A stretch of DNA of 25,873 bases from a virus (taxonomy: Duplodnaviria; Caudoviricetes): positions 1 to 25,873 of the IMG/VR virus record IMGVR_UViG_3300043395_001372; one strand, written 5' to 3'. The translations under genes were made by a program, and so were the position numbers. Positions 25,573 to 25,873 of the stretch are shown here, piece after piece; the first letter of the stretch is position 1; each line of letters starts with the position of its first letter. The notes below the pieces were generated by a model. That model was not told the origin of the DNA and ran no database searches. It saw only the letters and a program-made list of their open reading frames with translations.

Positions 25573-25873
25573 ATGTCGGAAGAAATAAAGAAAAACCAGC
25601 CAGGAGAATCAGGCCAACTCGGTGGAACAACACCAGGTCTTTATCAGGCACAAGGTGCATTTGCATCTGGTTCTGATGCAGGCTCAAATATCCCTGGCAA
25701 TTATACTGATGGTGGCGTTCTTGGAAATGTTCCAAACGCAAACCTAGGTCTTACAACAGGACCAAATGCAGTAAATCCTTCAGGTGAGGCTGGAAGCGGT
25801 ATCCTACGCCCTGAACAGGCACAGCGTTTCATTGATTACGTTTGGGACGCTACAGTTCTCGCCCAGGATGGTC
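25573..25873 (+). CDS. major capsid protein, 5' part (truncated by the window)
   Basis: Not in the ORF track. SD GGAGGTG, ATG 25573, open to the edge; MSEEIKKNQPG...GILRPEQAQRFIDYVWDATVL resembles an HK97-fold capsid N-terminus and follows the protease. Confidence 0.85.
   Translation, partial: MSEEIKKNQPGESGQLGGTTPGLYQAQGAFASGSDAGSNIPGNYTDGGVLGNVPNANLGLTTGPNAVNPSGEAGSGILRPEQAQRFIDYVWDATVLAQDG

Noticed and set aside
1-25873. tRNA/rRNA genes, integrase or transposase, alternative genetic code
   Set aside because: Intergenic gaps are short and show no cloverleaf; no recombinase motifs were seen; genes tile densely under the standard code, with TAA, TGA and TAG all used as stops.

Overview
This window is part of an AT-rich tailed-phage (Caudoviricetes) genome. 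From left to right it holds: (i) a long block of fibre/appendage genes with collagen-like, Mtd-N, fibronectin III and PASTA domains; (ii) an antisense secreted lytic transglycosylase; (iii) a tandem pair of paralogous Fe(II)/2OG-oxygenase-like genes and a tiny Cys/His ORF; (iv) a class II (B12) ribonucleotide reductase and a prolyl-4-hydroxylase-like oxygenase; (v) a large LamG-like virion protein; (vi) the head module (portal, prohead protease with a nested scaffold, start of the major capsid gene). Many genes have their own TGnTATAAT extended -10 element, often placed for leaderless translation, which suggests an actinobacterial host (inference). The most striking unexplained structure is a cassette that occurs twice. 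In each copy a fibre ending in a 'TDTWVLxGDL' domain is followed by a protein carrying arrays of F-x-V-F-x-F-(S/T/A)-P octapeptides and the identical C-terminus FNFAPWG. The two arrays use different codons, and the second lies directly upstream of the oxygenase pair. This is a candidate phage-encoded repeat-peptide display/modification system. All domain calls come from motif recognition by eye; no database search was run.
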